From NCBI GenBank assembly GCA_963695555.1, contig CAVOGR010000005.1:320001-384000 (forward strand): a DNA stretch of 64,000 nucleotides, written 5' to 3'. Position numbers and translations under genes: made by a program. Under the pieces are notes generated by a model. That model was not told the origin of the DNA, did not search any database, and worked only from the letters and a program-made list of their open reading frames with translations. This stretch comes from an uncultured Gemmatimonadales bacterium (GTDB taxonomy: Bacteria > Gemmatimonadota > Gemmatimonadetes > Gemmatimonadales > GWC2-71-9). Shown here one piece after another: positions 1 to 10,005 of this stretch (positions are counted from its first letter, which is position 1; every line of letters begins with the position of its first letter).

Positions 1-339
1 ATCAACATCACCGTCACCTTCTACGACGCGAACGGGAAGGAGACATCGACGCTCACAGCCAAGGAGGGGACCTATCGCTGGCAGACCGGCTCGATGGAGG
101 CGCGGGGCAACGTGGTTGTGTTGTCTCCTGACGGTGAGCGGCTCCAGACCTCGGTGCTCCGGTATGACGAGCCAACCCACAGCATCACGACCGACCAGCG
201 CTTCACGTACACGACCCCTAGGGAGCATCTCGAGGGCAACGGCTTCCGCTCCGATCCCGACTTCTTGAACGTGGTCACCGATCAACCGCGCGGCGGTGAG
301 CGCGGGGTGATCGATCTTCCAGGCCAAGCGGAGCCATGA
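1..339 (+). CDS. lptC: LPS export ABC transporter periplasmic protein LptC (5' truncated by window)
   Basis: Frame 1 is open from base 1 (INITVTFYDANGKETSTLTAKEGTYRWQTGSMEARGNVVV...LEGNGFRSDPDF), an LptC-like beta-jellyroll pattern; lies upstream of lptA-like, lptB and rpoN. Confidence 0.8.
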   Translation: MNITVTFYDANGKETSTLTAKEGTYRWQTGSMEARGNVVVLSPDGERLQTSVLRYDEPTHSITTDQRFTYTTPREHLEGNGFRSDPDFLNVVTDQPRGGERGVIDLPGQAEP

Positions 340-1739
340 TCCGTGTCGGACTGGTGCTCTCGGTGACGACGTCGCTGGTCTTCGGCATGCCGCTCGCAGC
401 CCAGTCGGACCGCTGCTTCTTCCAGGTGGAGCGTGTGGGTCGGCAGGGGGCGCAGGAGCCGACGGGCACGGGAAGCTTCAACTACTTCGCCGGGGGTGGC
501 GTTCGACTGGTGTGCCGCAACACCGGTGTCTCGATGGAAAGCGACAGCGTCGCCTACTACAACGGTGGAGAGTACACCCACTTCATCGGCAGCGTGCGCT
601 ACGTCGATTCTACCGTCACCATGACCGCCGCGTTCGGTACGTACTACAAGGCCAGCGAGCGCTGGGAAGCGCGCGACTCGGTGGTCCTGGTCAACCGGAC
701 CAACGGCTCGACCCTGACCGGGCCGAGCCTGGATTACTATCGGGCCGTCACCGGCTTCCGCCCGGTGGAGGAAATGGTGGCGGTTGGGCGTCCCACCATC
801 CGGTACTTCGGCACCGATTCCGCGGGCCAGCGCGAGGAGCCCTATCTCATCGTGGCCGACCGAGTCCGCATGCGTGGGGATGATCAGATGTGGGCCGCCG
901 GCACGGTGATGATCGACCGGAGCGACTTTGCCGGGCGAAGCGATTCACTCCGGCTCGATACCGGGCTCGGAAAGGACGGCACCATGCTCGGGGGGCCGCC
1001 TGAGCTGCGCGGGCTGGGGACGGACCCGTACCGGCTGAACGGCACGCGGATCGATCTCACCTTGAACGAGAACGCCGACCTCACGTACGTCGTGGCCAAG
1101 GATAGCGCCCACACCGTGAGCGACGAGTGGGATCTGGTGGCAGACACCATCGCCCTCGACATCGAGAACGATCAACTGGCGCAGATGCTCGCGTGGGGAA
1201 AACGGATCCGGCCGCAGGCGACGTCGCCCGACTATCTGATCCGGGCCGACTCGCTGGCGCTGGACACGCCCAACCAAGTCCTCCGGGAGCTGCGCAGCTT
1301 CGGCACAGCTTGGCTCGGCTCGGCACCCGACTCGGTCACGGGCGAGCGCGATTGGATGGCTGGCGACACGGTCATTGCGCGATTTCGCGAGCGCGAGCCG
1401 AGTGATACCACCAGGGCCACCCTCGATCGGCTCGAGGCCCATGGAAGCGCGCGCTCCTTTCGTCAGATTCCCGACAAGGAGAGTCCGTGTCCTGACCCGT
1501 CGCTCAATTATGTGCGCGGGCAAACGATCATCGTCCACATGAAACCACCACCTGCAGAAGAGGTGGACCGGGTGGAGATCTTCGGTCAGGCGGACGGTAT
1601 TCAGCTCGAGCCGTGTGCGCAGCCGAGCCCGGCCGACTCGACGCGCCTGCGCGCGAAACCGACCAGGGTAGAGCGAGACTCAGTGGCCGCTCCGCGAGAC
1701 TCCACGACACCCGTACCGACGCCTGGAGCAGAGCCATGA
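336..1739 (+). CDS. OstA/LptA-LptD N-terminal-like periplasmic beta-jellyroll protein
   Basis: Signal peptide, repeated (A/S)DS-type jellyroll motifs, position between lptC and lptB, ATGA overlaps at both ends. Confidence 0.7.
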   Translation: MIRVGLVLSVTTSLVFGMPLAAQSDRCFFQVERVGRQGAQEPTGTGSFNYFAGGGVRLVCRNTGVSMESDSVAYYNGGEYTHFIGSVRYVDSTVTMTAAFGTYYKASERWEARDSVVLVNRTNGSTLTGPSLDYYRAVTGFRPVEEMVAVGRPTIRYFGTDSAGQREEPYLIVADRVRMRGDDQMWAAGTVMIDRSDFAGRSDSLRLDTGLGKDGTMLGGPPELRGLGTDPYRLNGTRIDLTLNENADLTYVVAKDSAHTVSDEWDLVADTIALDIENDQLAQMLAWGKRIRPQATSPDYLIRADSLALDTPNQVLRELRSFGTAWLGSAPDSVTGERDWMAGDTVIARFREREPSDTTRATLDRLEAHGSARSFRQIPDKESPCPDPSLNYVRGQTIIVHMKPPPAEEVDRVEIFGQADGIQLEPCAQPSPADSTRLRAKPTRVERDSVAAPRDSTTPVPTPGAEP

Positions 1740-2905
1740 TATTGCCATCGTGGCTCGAGTCGCTGCGTGAGCGCGACCCGTCGATCTCCATTGCGTTGGC
1801 CGCATTGGTGCGAGGTGCAGGGCCCGCAGGCCAGCTCGGTTTCCGGGACCTGGTCCACGCATATCGCGAGACCTTTCTGGCGTCCTACCGTAGCGTGAGC
1901 GAAACCTCGCCCCCCGAGTTGTCGGGCGATGAGGTCCGGGAAAACCTGTCCCGGTCGGTACTTCCGCGCCTGGTGGACGAAGGGTGGATCGAAGATGGCT
2001 CAGAGGATGGGTGGGCGGAGGTCCGCGCCAAGGGCCCGTGGTGGCCTGAAGCGGCGGATAACCGGGCCCAATACGTCCAGCTGCTGCTGGATCAGGCGGC
2101 TCAGGGCCTCGCCCGGCGGCACGCTCCCTCGGCGGTGGAGCCCCGGCCCGAGGGGAGTGTCCTGGAGGGGCAAGGATTGTGCAAATCCTTCAAGCGGCGT
2201 CGGGTGGTAGACAACGTGTCGGTCACGGTGCGGCAGGGGGAGATCGTGGGTCTCTTGGGTCCCAATGGGGCGGGGAAGACCACCACGTTCTATCTCTTGA
2301 CCGGGCTCATCCGGCCGGACGCCGGGGAAGTGAAGATCGACGGGCAGGACTACACCGACGCGCCGATGTATCAGCGGGCTCGCAGGGGATTGGGTTATCT
2401 TGCGCAAGAGCCGTCGGTGTTTCGGCGGCTCACGGTGGAGCAGAACCTGGTCGCCATCCTCGAGACGCTGGATTTGTCGAAGGCCGAGCGGGCCCAGCGC
2501 GTCGAGCAGCTGCTGGACGAATTGTCGATCAAGCACCTTCGGGGCAACAAGGCGTATGCCCTGAGTGGCGGTGAGCGACGGCGCCTGGAGATCACGCGCG
2601 CGCTTGTCACCGAACCGAAGTTCATGTTGCTGGACGAGCCGTTCGCCGGCATCGACCCGATTGCGGTGCACGACATCCAGACCATCGTAGCGGGTCTCCG
2701 GCATCGACGGATCGGGGTTTTGATCACGGACCACAACGTGGAGCAGACGCTGGATATCGTCGACCGGGCCTACATCATGTTCGAGGGCAGAGTGCAAGCG
2801 GCGGGTACGGTGCGCGACCTGGTATTCGATGACCGGGTGGCACAAGTGTACCTGGGGCCCACCCTGACCACACGGCTCCGCCAGCGGTTGGAGGCGGTGG
2901 CATGA
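1736..2905 (+). CDS. lptB: LPS export ABC ATPase LptB with about 140-aa N-terminal extension
   Basis: GPNGAGKTT, YLAQEPSVFRRLTV, LSGGERRRLEI, LLDEPFAGIDP and ITDHNV motifs; start at the ATGA overlap, 1736. Confidence 0.93.
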   Translation: MILPSWLESLRERDPSISIALAALVRGAGPAGQLGFRDLVHAYRETFLASYRSVSETSPPELSGDEVRENLSRSVLPRLVDEGWIEDGSEDGWAEVRAKGPWWPEAADNRAQYVQLLLDQAAQGLARRHAPSAVEPRPEGSVLEGQGLCKSFKRRRVVDNVSVTVRQGEIVGLLGPNGAGKTTTFYLLTGLIRPDAGEVKIDGQDYTDAPMYQRARRGLGYLAQEPSVFRRLTVEQNLVAILETLDLSKAERAQRVEQLLDELSIKHLRGNKAYALSGGERRRLEITRALVTEPKFMLLDEPFAGIDPIAVHDIQTIVAGLRHRRIGVLITDHNVEQTLDIVDRAYIMFEGRVQAAGTVRDLVFDDRVAQVYLGPTLTTRLRQRLEAVA

Positions 2906-4542
2906 GACAAGGCCTTTCACAGCAGACGTCCCTCCGGCAGGAGCTGAGGGTCAATCCACGCCTCTATCAGGCGATGGACATGCTGTACATGCCGATGATG
3001 GAGCTGCAGCAGCATCTCAAACAGGAACTCCTGATCAATCCGTTCCTGGAGCTGCTTGACCCGGAAGAGGAAACGCCGACCGAGACCAACAGCGAGCAGG
3101 AGAAGGAGAAGTCCCAGAAGCAGGACGAGATGGACTGGGAAGAGATTCTGCTCAACGGTTTCGATGCCGGCGGCACCCGTGCCCAGTACGAGGCCATCGA
3201 GTACACCGAGCCGGTCACGGTGGCCCAGCGGGACTTGATCGACCACCTCCGGGACCAGCTCAACCTGCTGGATCTCACCCCCCGTCAGAAGCTCCTCAGT
3301 GAAGAATTCCTGGGCAACATCCAGGACGACGGGCGGCTTGCCGGCTCGCTCGAGGAAATCGTCGAGTCGTTGAACCGGCTACTCCAGGTGCATGCGAACA
3401 ATCAACACCCGGATACCGGCGATGAGGACGAGGCGGAAGACGAGGAACAGATCGCGACGCAGCCGGAGACGCAGGTCGAGTGGATCGGAGCCGGAAAGAC
3501 GGCCACGGTCGTTGTGGGACAGCCGGAGCCGGAGCCGGAGTCGGTATCGATGGTCGAGACGGCACTCGAGCCGGAACCGATCCCGGAACCGGAGGGTGAG
3601 GTGACGCCCGGCGTCGGACGCTACACCGTCGCCGAGGCGGAGGAGATGCTCGCCATCATCCAGCGGCTCGATCCGCCTGGCATTGCGGCCCGCGACATTC
3701 GGGAGTGCTTGCTGCTCCAGCTCCACGATCAGGGCGAAATCGACTCGTTGGCGTATCGGTTGGTTGCGGAAGCCTTTGAGGACCTGAAGGCCCATCGTTG
3801 GAACGATCTGGCCAAGCGGTTCGGGGTGGAGCCAGTGGACGTCCAAACTGCGGCTGACTCGCTGAAAGGGCTCGATCCGAAGCCGGGCCTCAAATTCTCG
3901 GCGGGCAACGACGGGTATGTGACGCCGGACCTGGTGGTGGACAAGATCGACGATCGCTATCACGTCTTCCTGAACGACACCGGCATGCCGCGGCTCCGGC
4001 TGAGCCGGTCGTACCAGGAAATCGCCCGCGACCGGAAGAAGTTGACCCAGGAAAACCGTGAGTTCATCGCCAGCAAGATGAACAGCGCTTCCTGGATGAT
4101 CCAGGCCATCGAACAGCGCCGCCAGACGATGCTCAAGGTGATGAACTTCATCGTGGACCGGCAGCGGGAGTTCTTCGAGAAGGGGATCGAATTCTTGAAG
4201 CCGTTGACGCTGCGCGAAGTCGCCGACGTCATCAACATGCACGAATCGACTGTCAGCCGCGTTACCAACGAGAAGTACGTGCAAACCCCGCGCGGCGTCT
4301 TGCCGCTCAAGTTCTTCTTCTCGAGCGCGCTGTCCACTTCGTCCGGTGAGGACGCGAGCGCCCGCTCAATCCGGGCCAAGCTCGAGAAGATGATCGCCGA
4401 GGAGAACAGCGCCAAGCCGCTCACCGACCAGCAGATCGTGCACCTGTTCCAGGAACAAGGGATCAAGATCGCCCGCCGCACCGTCGCCAAGTACCGCGAT
4501 CAATTGGGCATTCTACCGGCCCGGATGCGCAAGCGCGTATGA
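2902..4542 (+). CDS. rpoN: RNA polymerase sigma-54 factor
   Basis: Gln/Leu-rich region I, HESTVSR, RpoN box ARRTVAKYR; follows lptB. Confidence 0.98.
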   Translation: MRQGLSQQTSLRQELRVNPRLYQAMDMLYMPMMELQQHLKQELLINPFLELLDPEEETPTETNSEQEKEKSQKQDEMDWEEILLNGFDAGGTRAQYEAIEYTEPVTVAQRDLIDHLRDQLNLLDLTPRQKLLSEEFLGNIQDDGRLAGSLEEIVESLNRLLQVHANNQHPDTGDEDEAEDEEQIATQPETQVEWIGAGKTATVVVGQPEPEPESVSMVETALEPEPIPEPEGEVTPGVGRYTVAEAEEMLAIIQRLDPPGIAARDIRECLLLQLHDQGEIDSLAYRLVAEAFEDLKAHRWNDLAKRFGVEPVDVQTAADSLKGLDPKPGLKFSAGNDGYVTPDLVVDKIDDRYHVFLNDTGMPRLRLSRSYQEIARDRKKLTQENREFIASKMNSASWMIQAIEQRRQTMLKVMNFIVDRQREFFEKGIEFLKPLTLREVADVINMHESTVSRVTNEKYVQTPRGVLPLKFFFSSALSTSSGEDASARSIRAKLEKMIAEENSAKPLTDQQIVHLFQEQGIKIARRTVAKYRDQLGILPARMRKRV

Positions 4543-5507
4543 GCGTGCCCGCGGTCGCGGAGCAGGTCGATGTCAGTATCCTGGTCCCGGCCAAGGACGA
4601 AGCCCCGAATCTCCCGAAGTTTCTCGAATTGTGCCGCGAAGCGCTCACTCCCCAATCGTGGCGATTCGAAGTGGTCGTGGTCGACGACGGTTCGCGCGAC
4701 GATACCGCCGAGGTGCTCACCCAGCTCCGCCGCGACTACCCGTTCCTGCGGGTGGTGACCCATCGCCGCCAGCGTGGTATTGCCGATGCCCTGCGCTCCG
4801 CGAGCGACGCGGCCCGCGGCGACATCTTCGTGTTCTATCCCGCCGATCTCCAGTACCTGCCGGAAGACATTCCCCGCCTGGTCGAGCCGATCCTGTCGGG
4901 CGACGCCGACATGGTGACCGGCAGCAAGCAGGGGAAATACGAGAAGGCGTTCGTGTCGAACCTGTACAACCGGCTCTGCCGAGCGCTGTTCGGCGTGCCG
5001 GTCACCGACCTGAACTCGGTCAAAGCATATCGCCGCGAGGTGATGCACGGCGTGCCCCTCCGCCCGGACTGGCACCGCTTCATGGTGGTGATCGCCGCCG
5101 CGGACGGGTTCCGGCTGACCTCACGAGCCGTGCCGCTCTACCCACGCCAGGCCGGTGTGTCCAAGTTCAATTGGAAGCGGATTCCCGTGGGTGTGCTCGA
5201 TCTCGCGTCGGTGTGGTTCCAATTGCGATTCGGACGCAAACCGCTAATGTTTTTCGGGGTCGCGGGCGCGATCTTGTTCTTTGTCGGGTTTCTGGGCGGT
5301 GTTGCCGCTTTCATCATCCGTTTCGGCTTCGGCGTCGGGTTCCGCCCGCTCATCAATCTGATCGAGACGATGGTCATCAGCGGCATCGCGCTCTTCGGCT
5401 TCGGTTTCGTCGGCGAGATGATCGCCGGCCTGCGGGAAGATCTCCAGGGCATGCGGCAGGAACTGGCGCGGCTCTCGACCCAATCACAGGACTCCGAGGC
5501 GGACTGA
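4539..5507 (+). CDS. GT2 glycosyltransferase (ArnC/DPM1-like) with C-terminal TM helices
   Basis: VVVVDDGSRDDT, ADLQY, RFGRKP followed by two TM helices. Confidence 0.9.
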   Translation: MSVPAVAEQVDVSILVPAKDEAPNLPKFLELCREALTPQSWRFEVVVVDDGSRDDTAEVLTQLRRDYPFLRVVTHRRQRGIADALRSASDAARGDIFVFYPADLQYLPEDIPRLVEPILSGDADMVTGSKQGKYEKAFVSNLYNRLCRALFGVPVTDLNSVKAYRREVMHGVPLRPDWHRFMVVIAAADGFRLTSRAVPLYPRQAGVSKFNWKRIPVGVLDLASVWFQLRFGRKPLMFFGVAGAILFFVGFLGGVAAFIIRFGFGVGFRPLINLIETMVISGIALFGFGFVGEMIAGLREDLQGMRQELARLSTQSQDSEAD

Positions 5508-5532
5508 CCCGGATCGGCACCGGGCCCTACGG

Positions 5533-6729
5533 ATGCGGATCCTGCTCATAGCCCACGGGTTTCCACGCTCGCCGGACGACATGGCGGGCTCGTTTCTCCT
5601 CACCTTGGCCCAGGGGCAACAGGCACTCGGTCACGAAGTCGCCGCCGTTGCTCCCCATGCGGCAGGCCTAGCAACCGACGAGACGATCCGCGGGGTGCGG
5701 GTTTTTCGCTATCGCTACGGCACGGACCAGGACGAGACCCTGGCCTACGCCGGAACCATGCACGAGCAAGCCCTTGGCTCCTGGACGGCGCGGTGGCGGC
5801 TCCTTCGCTTGGTCCAAGCATCGCGACGGGAGGTCGGGCGTGTCGTCCAGGCGTGGCGGCCCGATGTGCTGCACGTCCACTGGTGGGTACCGGGTGGCTT
5901 CGCGGTCTGGCCGCCGCCCGCCGACCAGGCGCCCGTGGTGCTCACCTCGCATGGCACGGACCTGTTCCTGCTCGACCGCTTTCCGGCGGCGAGGGTCATC
6001 GCGGCGCCCATCTTCCGCATGGCTCACCAGGTCACGGTGATCTCCTCGCCGCTGGTCGAGCGGGTCGAATCGCTCGGCATCCCGCGCGAACGAATCAGCG
6101 TCATCCCGATGCCGGTGGCCGCCCGGTTCCATGAGCGACCCCCAGGTGCCGAGGCCGGCAGCCGGCTGCTATTCATCGGTCGGCTGGTGGAGCGAAAAGG
6201 CGCCCGCGTTGCGGTCGAGGCGCTCGATATTCTGAAACGAATGGGGAGGGAAGCCCATCTGACCATCGTAGGCGACGGCCCGGAACGCGGGTCGCTGGAG
6301 AGCCTGGTGGCTGACAAAGGTTTGAGCCACGCAGTCGAGTTCAAAGGCCAGCTGCCCACCGAGCGTGTCGCGGGCGAGCTGGCCGCCGGCGACCTGTTCG
6401 TCATGCCGGCCGTGACCGATTGGAAAGGCGAGCAGGAAGGGTTCGGGTTGGTGTTGGTGGAGGCGATGATGAGCGGCGTTCCCATCGTGGCCTCCCGGAG
6501 CGGTGGCATTCCCGATGTGCTGACGGATGGGGAAACCGGCCTGCTCGTTCCCGAGCGCGATCCGGTGGCGCTGGCCGATGCGATTGCTCGCCTTCTCTCG
6601 GACCAAGATCTGAGCCAACGCCTCGCGCGGGCCGCCGCCCGAGACGCCGAGCGTCGCTTTGCCCCGCCGGCAATTGCCCGGAGGTTCGAAACGGTCTATC
6701 GCCGCGCCTTGGGAGTGGCGGACTCGTGA
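5533..6729 (+). CDS. GT4 (GT-B) glycosyltransferase
   Basis: FIGRLVERKG, EGFGLVLVEAMMSGVPIVASRSGGIPD. Confidence 0.92.
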   Translation: MRILLIAHGFPRSPDDMAGSFLLTLAQGQQALGHEVAAVAPHAAGLATDETIRGVRVFRYRYGTDQDETLAYAGTMHEQALGSWTARWRLLRLVQASRREVGRVVQAWRPDVLHVHWWVPGGFAVWPPPADQAPVVLTSHGTDLFLLDRFPAARVIAAPIFRMAHQVTVISSPLVERVESLGIPRERISVIPMPVAARFHERPPGAEAGSRLLFIGRLVERKGARVAVEALDILKRMGREAHLTIVGDGPERGSLESLVADKGLSHAVEFKGQLPTERVAGELAAGDLFVMPAVTDWKGEQEGFGLVLVEAMMSGVPIVASRSGGIPDVLTDGETGLLVPERDPVALADAIARLLSDQDLSQRLARAAARDAERRFAPPAIARRFETVYRRALGVADS

Positions 6730-7688
6730 GCCTGGGCCGGCTAATCGGTCGCGTCCTCCAGATCGTCGGGCTTGGCGCGGCGCTCTGGTACCTGGTGGAT
6801 ACGGCGCTCGCGCACTGGGATGGCCTGACCCGGATCGCCATCCAGCTCAGGGTGGTGCCACTGGTGGTGGCGTCGGTGCTGACGGTACTGACCTATGGCT
6901 TCCTCGTCTGGGTCTGGGCCAGGAGCCTGGGGTGGTGGGGCCAGCGGCTCAGCTACGGCACCGCCCTGCGGATGTGGTTCGTCACCAACCTGGCTCGATT
7001 CATCCCGGGCACCGTGTGGCAGTTTGCGAGCTTGACGACCGAGGCCTTGGCTCACTCCGTGTCGGCGGTGGCGGCCACCGCCGCCATGCTGTTCCAACAG
7101 CTGGTGCTGCTCGGCACCGGCATCGCGCTCACGCTCGCGTTGGCACCCGGGCTCCTTGGTGCTCAGGCACTCCCATGGCCGGCGGGAATTATGTTGATGG
7201 CAGTCTCGCTCGCCGTCGCCGGTGTGATTATTCTCCTACCCGTCGTCACCCCGGCCCTGGAGCGCTGGACCAGCCGAGTGCTGCGACGCGATGTTTCGTG
7301 GCCCGCCCCGGGGCGTGCGGAAATGGCGCTCTATGTCGCCGGGCTCGTCGTGCCATGGCTGGTGTACGGCGTCGCCTTCTGGCTGTTCGGCATCGGCACG
7401 CTGGGGCAGGCGGCACCGCCGCTTGGGTTGGCGATTGCGGCCTTTACGGCGAGCTACGTGGCCGGCATCATCTTCATCGTTGCGCCGGGCGGCCTCGGGA
7501 TCCGGGAGGCGGCATTGGTCGCCGCACTGGCCCCGCATATCGGGAGCGCCGCCGGGCTCTTTCTCGCCATCGGCTCCAGGCTCTGGCTCACGGCCCTGGA
7601 GATCGTCACCGCGGTAGTCGTGTTAGCAGTGCATCAGCAACAGCGGCCCGCCAAACCCGAAACGCCGAATGATCCAACGCCTCACTAA
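6726..7688 (+). CDS. Lysylphosphatidylglycerol synthase TM-like (flippase-like) membrane protein
   Basis: NLARFIPGTVW and APGGLGIREAAL motifs, polytopic; GTG start at a GTGA overlap. Confidence 0.85.
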   Translation: MSLGRLIGRVLQIVGLGAALWYLVDTALAHWDGLTRIAIQLRVVPLVVASVLTVLTYGFLVWVWARSLGWWGQRLSYGTALRMWFVTNLARFIPGTVWQFASLTTEALAHSVSAVAATAAMLFQQLVLLGTGIALTLALAPGLLGAQALPWPAGIMLMAVSLAVAGVIILLPVVTPALERWTSRVLRRDVSWPAPGRAEMALYVAGLVVPWLVYGVAFWLFGIGTLGQAAPPLGLAIAAFTASYVAGIIFIVAPGGLGIREAALVAALAPHIGSAAGLFLAIGSRLWLTALEIVTAVVVLAVHQQQRPAKPETPNDPTPH

Positions 7689-10005
7689 CCGGTTCCCAAT
7701 CCTCTCCGCGACGACGGTATACGTGCTCACCGTCGCCGCAGCGTTTCATCGATTCTTTGGCGGGAGTTTCCTGGTCAACGAGATGAGCGACGCCCGGACC
7801 GGCTATGGGCCTCGCCACTTTGCCGCGGAGTACTTCCGGGCCGCGGGCGATGTGCCGGGGTGGAGCCCGGGTCTCCTCGGCGGCATGCCGTTCCTGGCCA
7901 ACACCGCCCATGGCGACACCTTCTACCCGACCTTTCTCCTGCGCCTGATCTTCCCAGTCGATGTCGGCATCAGCCTCGGCTTCCTGATCCACATCGTGCT
8001 CGCCGGCACGTTCGCGTTCATGTTCCTTCGGGCACTCAAACTCGAGTGGGGTCCGGCCTTCATCGGCGGCGCCGCCTACATGTGGAGCGGCCAGATCGTA
8101 TCGCTGGTGAGTCCGGGGCATGATGGCAAGCTGTTTGTGAGTGCGCTCCTGCCACTCGCCTTGATGTTCCTCTATCAGGCGGTAACCCGGTCGTCGTGGC
8201 GGCGGTACCTGGCCTTTGGGGTGACCGTGGGGTTCTCCCTCCTCACGCCCCACTTCCAGATGACCTATTACCTGCTCATGGCGGCCGGGTTCTTCTGGCT
8301 CTATCTGGTCTTCCTGAGCGGCGAGCGTCCCGCGGGGTCCCCATGGTGGCAGGGGGCGCTCCTCTTCGTGCTGGCGCTGGGGGTCGGTTTCGCGGTGGCG
8401 GCGGTGCAGCTCGTGCCCTTTGCCGAGTACATCGCGTTCTCGCCCCGAGGCGCGGCGGAAGGGACGAGCCGTGGCTGGGCATATGCGACCGGCTGGTCCA
8501 TGCCGCCGGATGAGCTGATCAACGTGATATGGCCCGCGTTTTCCGGAATGCTCGAGAAGTACTGGGGACGAAACCCGTTCAAGCTCCACAGCGAGTATAT
8601 CGGCGTCATCCCTATCATGCTGGCGACCTTCGCATTCCAACTCAAAGCCCGGCGCCGCCTCAGTTGGTTCTTCGTGTTCCTCGCGGCGTACGGCGTTCTT
8701 TTTGCCTTCGGGGGCTACACCCCGTTCTACCGGCTGCCCTATCACCTCCTGCCCGGCATCAAGCTCACCCGGGCGATGTCGATGATCTTCTATCTGACGT
8801 CGTTCAGCGTGGCCGTGCTGGCGGCCTTCGGTGCGCAGGCGCTGGTCGGGGAAGGGGAGACCAAGAAGAAGACCACGCTCCTCGTGTGGCTCGGCGTGCT
8901 CGGTGCCGCGGCGCTCTTGGCCGTGGTCGGCGGCTGGCAGGGCATCATGGATGCGGTCGCCGCGCCCCAGCGCTTCGGCGGCGTCCTGGCCAACTACCCT
9001 GCATTCAAGCTCGACTCCTTGCGCGTCCTCTTGTTCGGCGTTGTCGGGGCGGGGCTCATCTGGAAGCGACTGCCACGCCCGGCCTGGGGGTTGGCGATCG
9101 GGCTCGTCATCGTGCTCGAGCTCTGGAGCGTCGAGCGGCATTACATCAAGTGGAGCCCGCCGGCGGACCAGCTCTTCGCGGCCGATGACGTGATCCGCGC
9201 GATCGAGCAGGGCCCGGCGCCCTCGCGAGTGCTGGCACTGCATGGGGCGTACGACCGGAAGAACTACCTCATGAACCACGCTGTGAGGGAGGTGCTGGGC
9301 TATAGCGGCCAGGAGCTTCACCGCTACGACGAGCTACTCGGCGGAAAGAACGTCTGGGAGCACCTCTTTTCCCTGAACGAGAACCTGTTCAAGGTCCTAG
9401 CCCTCGACTACGTGGTGGTGGACCAACCGATCGAGGATCCGAGGCTGGTCCCGGCCGCCGATTCCGCGCTCTACACCAGCCGCGGAGACCAGGCTTTCCT
9501 GTATCGCTATGCCAATCCGGCGCCGTTCGCCTACCTAGTGGCGAATGCGGTGAAGGTGCCAGACCAGCAGATCATCCCGACGCTCCTGGACCCGCGCTTC
9601 GACCCGACCCGGCTCTTGTTGGTGCCCGAGGACTCGCCGGCCGGTGCCAGCGGCATCGACAGCATTCCGCCCCGGATGCCCGGAACGGTTGCGATTGTCG
9701 AGCCGCATGCCGGAGCCTTCGAGTTCACCCTCGAGCCGGCGCCGGCAGAGCCGGCCTATCTCTACGTGGCCGAGAACTACTATCCCGACTGGCGGGCCAC
9801 GGTGGACGGCGCTCGCGTACCGGTGCTCCGTGCCCACTACAGCATGATGGCGGTGGCGGTACCGGCCGGCGCCCGGGCGGTCAGGCTCGAGTTCAAGTCC
9901 GGCGGCTACGCGAAAGGCAGAATCATGAGCCTGGGGGTCTTGATGGTGCTCTTGGTGATGTCGGTGGCGCAGGGCATCCTGTTGCGCAGGCGGGCCCATG
10001 GCTGA
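7669..10005 (+). CDS. YfhO-family GT-C membrane glycosyltransferase
   Basis: Polytopic; GGMPFLAN near the N-terminus and C-terminal AENYYPDWRATVDG...AVAVPAG. Confidence 0.85.
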   Translation: MIQRLTNRFPILSATTVYVLTVAAAFHRFFGGSFLVNEMSDARTGYGPRHFAAEYFRAAGDVPGWSPGLLGGMPFLANTAHGDTFYPTFLLRLIFPVDVGISLGFLIHIVLAGTFAFMFLRALKLEWGPAFIGGAAYMWSGQIVSLVSPGHDGKLFVSALLPLALMFLYQAVTRSSWRRYLAFGVTVGFSLLTPHFQMTYYLLMAAGFFWLYLVFLSGERPAGSPWWQGALLFVLALGVGFAVAAVQLVPFAEYIAFSPRGAAEGTSRGWAYATGWSMPPDELINVIWPAFSGMLEKYWGRNPFKLHSEYIGVIPIMLATFAFQLKARRRLSWFFVFLAAYGVLFAFGGYTPFYRLPYHLLPGIKLTRAMSMIFYLTSFSVAVLAAFGAQALVGEGETKKKTTLLVWLGVLGAAALLAVVGGWQGIMDAVAAPQRFGGVLANYPAFKLDSLRVLLFGVVGAGLIWKRLPRPAWGLAIGLVIVLELWSVERHYIKWSPPADQLFAADDVIRAIEQGPAPSRVLALHGAYDRKNYLMNHAVREVLGYSGQELHRYDELLGGKNVWEHLFSLNENLFKVLALDYVVVDQPIEDPRLVPAADSALYTSRGDQAFLYRYANPAPFAYLVANAVKVPDQQIIPTLLDPRFDPTRLLLVPEDSPAGASGIDSIPPRMPGTVAIVEPHAGAFEFTLEPAPAEPAYLYVAENYYPDWRATVDGARVPVLRAHYSMMAVAVPAGARAVRLEFKSGGYAKGRIMSLGVLMVLLVMSVAQGILLRRRAHG

